From NCBI RefSeq assembly GCF_006345805.1, contig NC_043006.1:45322001-45386000 (forward strand): a stretch of DNA of 64,000 bases, in the 5' to 3' direction. The notes under the pieces are model-generated. The model was given only the letters and a program-made list of their open reading frames with translations, did not search any database and was not told the DNA's origin. This DNA comes from Octopus sinensis. Lineage: Eukaryota. A program made the translations under genes and the position numbers. Shown piece after piece: positions 63,083 through 64,000 of this stretch; position 1 is the first letter of the stretch, and every line of letters begins with the position of its first letter.

Positions 63083-63662
63083 CAGTGCTGGATTAACCAA
63101 AAAATCAAGGGAAGGAGGGGGCACTACAGAAATGGTAAATAGTTTATAGCATAAAAAAAATCACTTTAAACTTGCTAAAATAATATTCAGGATGCCTTTA
63201 AGGCAGTGAGCTGGCAGAAATGTTAGCACGCCAGGCGAAATGCTTAGCGGTATTTCATCTGTCTTTACATTCGGAGTTCAAATTCTGCCAAGGTCGACTT
63301 TGCCTTTCATCTTTTTGAGGGTCGATAAATTAAGCACCAGTTGCATACTGAGGTCGATCTAATCAACTGACCCCCTCCCCAACAATTTCGGGCCTTGTGC
63401 CTAGTGTAGAAAAGAATATTCGGGATGCCTTTATCTCTACTAAGTATAGATGCAGATGTGTTACTGAAGATAAATTTTGAGGATCTGATCAAAGACTTTG
63501 CAATTCAAAAAAGTAGGAGGAAAATTTTCTGATATAAATAAAGTAGAAGTATACAAAAATAAACATTATTTTCCCTCTTATATTTTGAATTACTTAATCT
63601 TTAATGGGGGCACCAAAATCTTTTAAGTGCTTAGGGCCTCAATGGGTCTTAATCTGGCCCTG
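63083..63662. mobile_element. hAT MITE with perfect 8-bp TSD and nested SINE B (63200-63417)
   Basis: TIRs cagtgctggattaa / ttaatctggccctg. TSD gccagata at 63075-63082 and 63663-63670. Confidence 0.85.
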
Positions 63663-63678
63663 GCCAGATATAGTTGGT

Positions 63679-63893
63679 TTAACCTTTTCGTTACTGCATT
63701 TATTTTGAGATGACCTGTGTGTCTTTCAATTAATTTTAAATATAACAAAGAACTTAGTAAGATAACTTAGTTATCATTAAGCTCGTTGTGACTAAGATTT
63801 GGTAAAAGATTTTAATTCAAAACTTATGAAAACAAGACATTTGTACTACAGAGCCAGAGGAGGTTTCAGCTGTGTTGGTATCGAAATGGTTAA
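63679..63893. mobile_element. TTAA-flanked MITE
   Basis: Homologous to 17701-17929, with TTAA at both ends. Confidence 0.7.
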
Positions 63894-64000
63894 ACACTGA
63901 AGGATTAAATCCAATGAACCTTTCTAAGAAATGTTTTGTCTTGTGCATATGTTAGAAATTATTATCTTGTTTAACAACAAATTTGCTGGAGAATGTAACA

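Noticed and set aside
1-64000. Numerous 60-250 aa ORFs in the track rich in H/T/Y/I/C/V/L/S (e.g. 8288-9043, 12914-13519)
   Set aside because: These are translations of (CA)n, (TA)n and (CT)n microsatellites or SINE bodies, not credible proteins.

Overview
AT-rich, repeat-saturated eukaryotic non-coding DNA. The SINE families, microsatellite load and 5S copy suggest an octopus (cephalopod) genome; this is an inference from recognised repeat sequences, not a database result. No host protein-coding gene can be supported. The window is a mosaic of several tRNA-derived SINE families, 5'-truncated LINE remnants (RTE, CR1/L2, RLE-type), a decayed mariner transposase (DD34D), hAT/Tc1/mariner/TTAA MITEs, a small LTR (TRIM-like) element and a dispersed 5S rRNA copy. 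The main discovery is a set of type I hammerhead ribozyme (HHR) motifs from four different repeat families. (1) A near-identical ~594-bp non-coding tandem unit carries a complete HHR, in three direct copies plus one inverted copy (45900-47944), a retrozyme or Penelope pseudo-LTR-like array. (2) A ~370-bp-arm palindrome has an HHR in each arm (61254-62027). (3) A tRNA-headed SINE carries an HHR in its 3' part (4 copies). (4) A minimal decayed HHR sits inside a (TA)n tract. Families 1, 2 and 4 abut (TA)n tracts. Families 1-3 show two outward-pointing 3' ends, as expected for Penelope-like (GIY-YIG) mobilisation.
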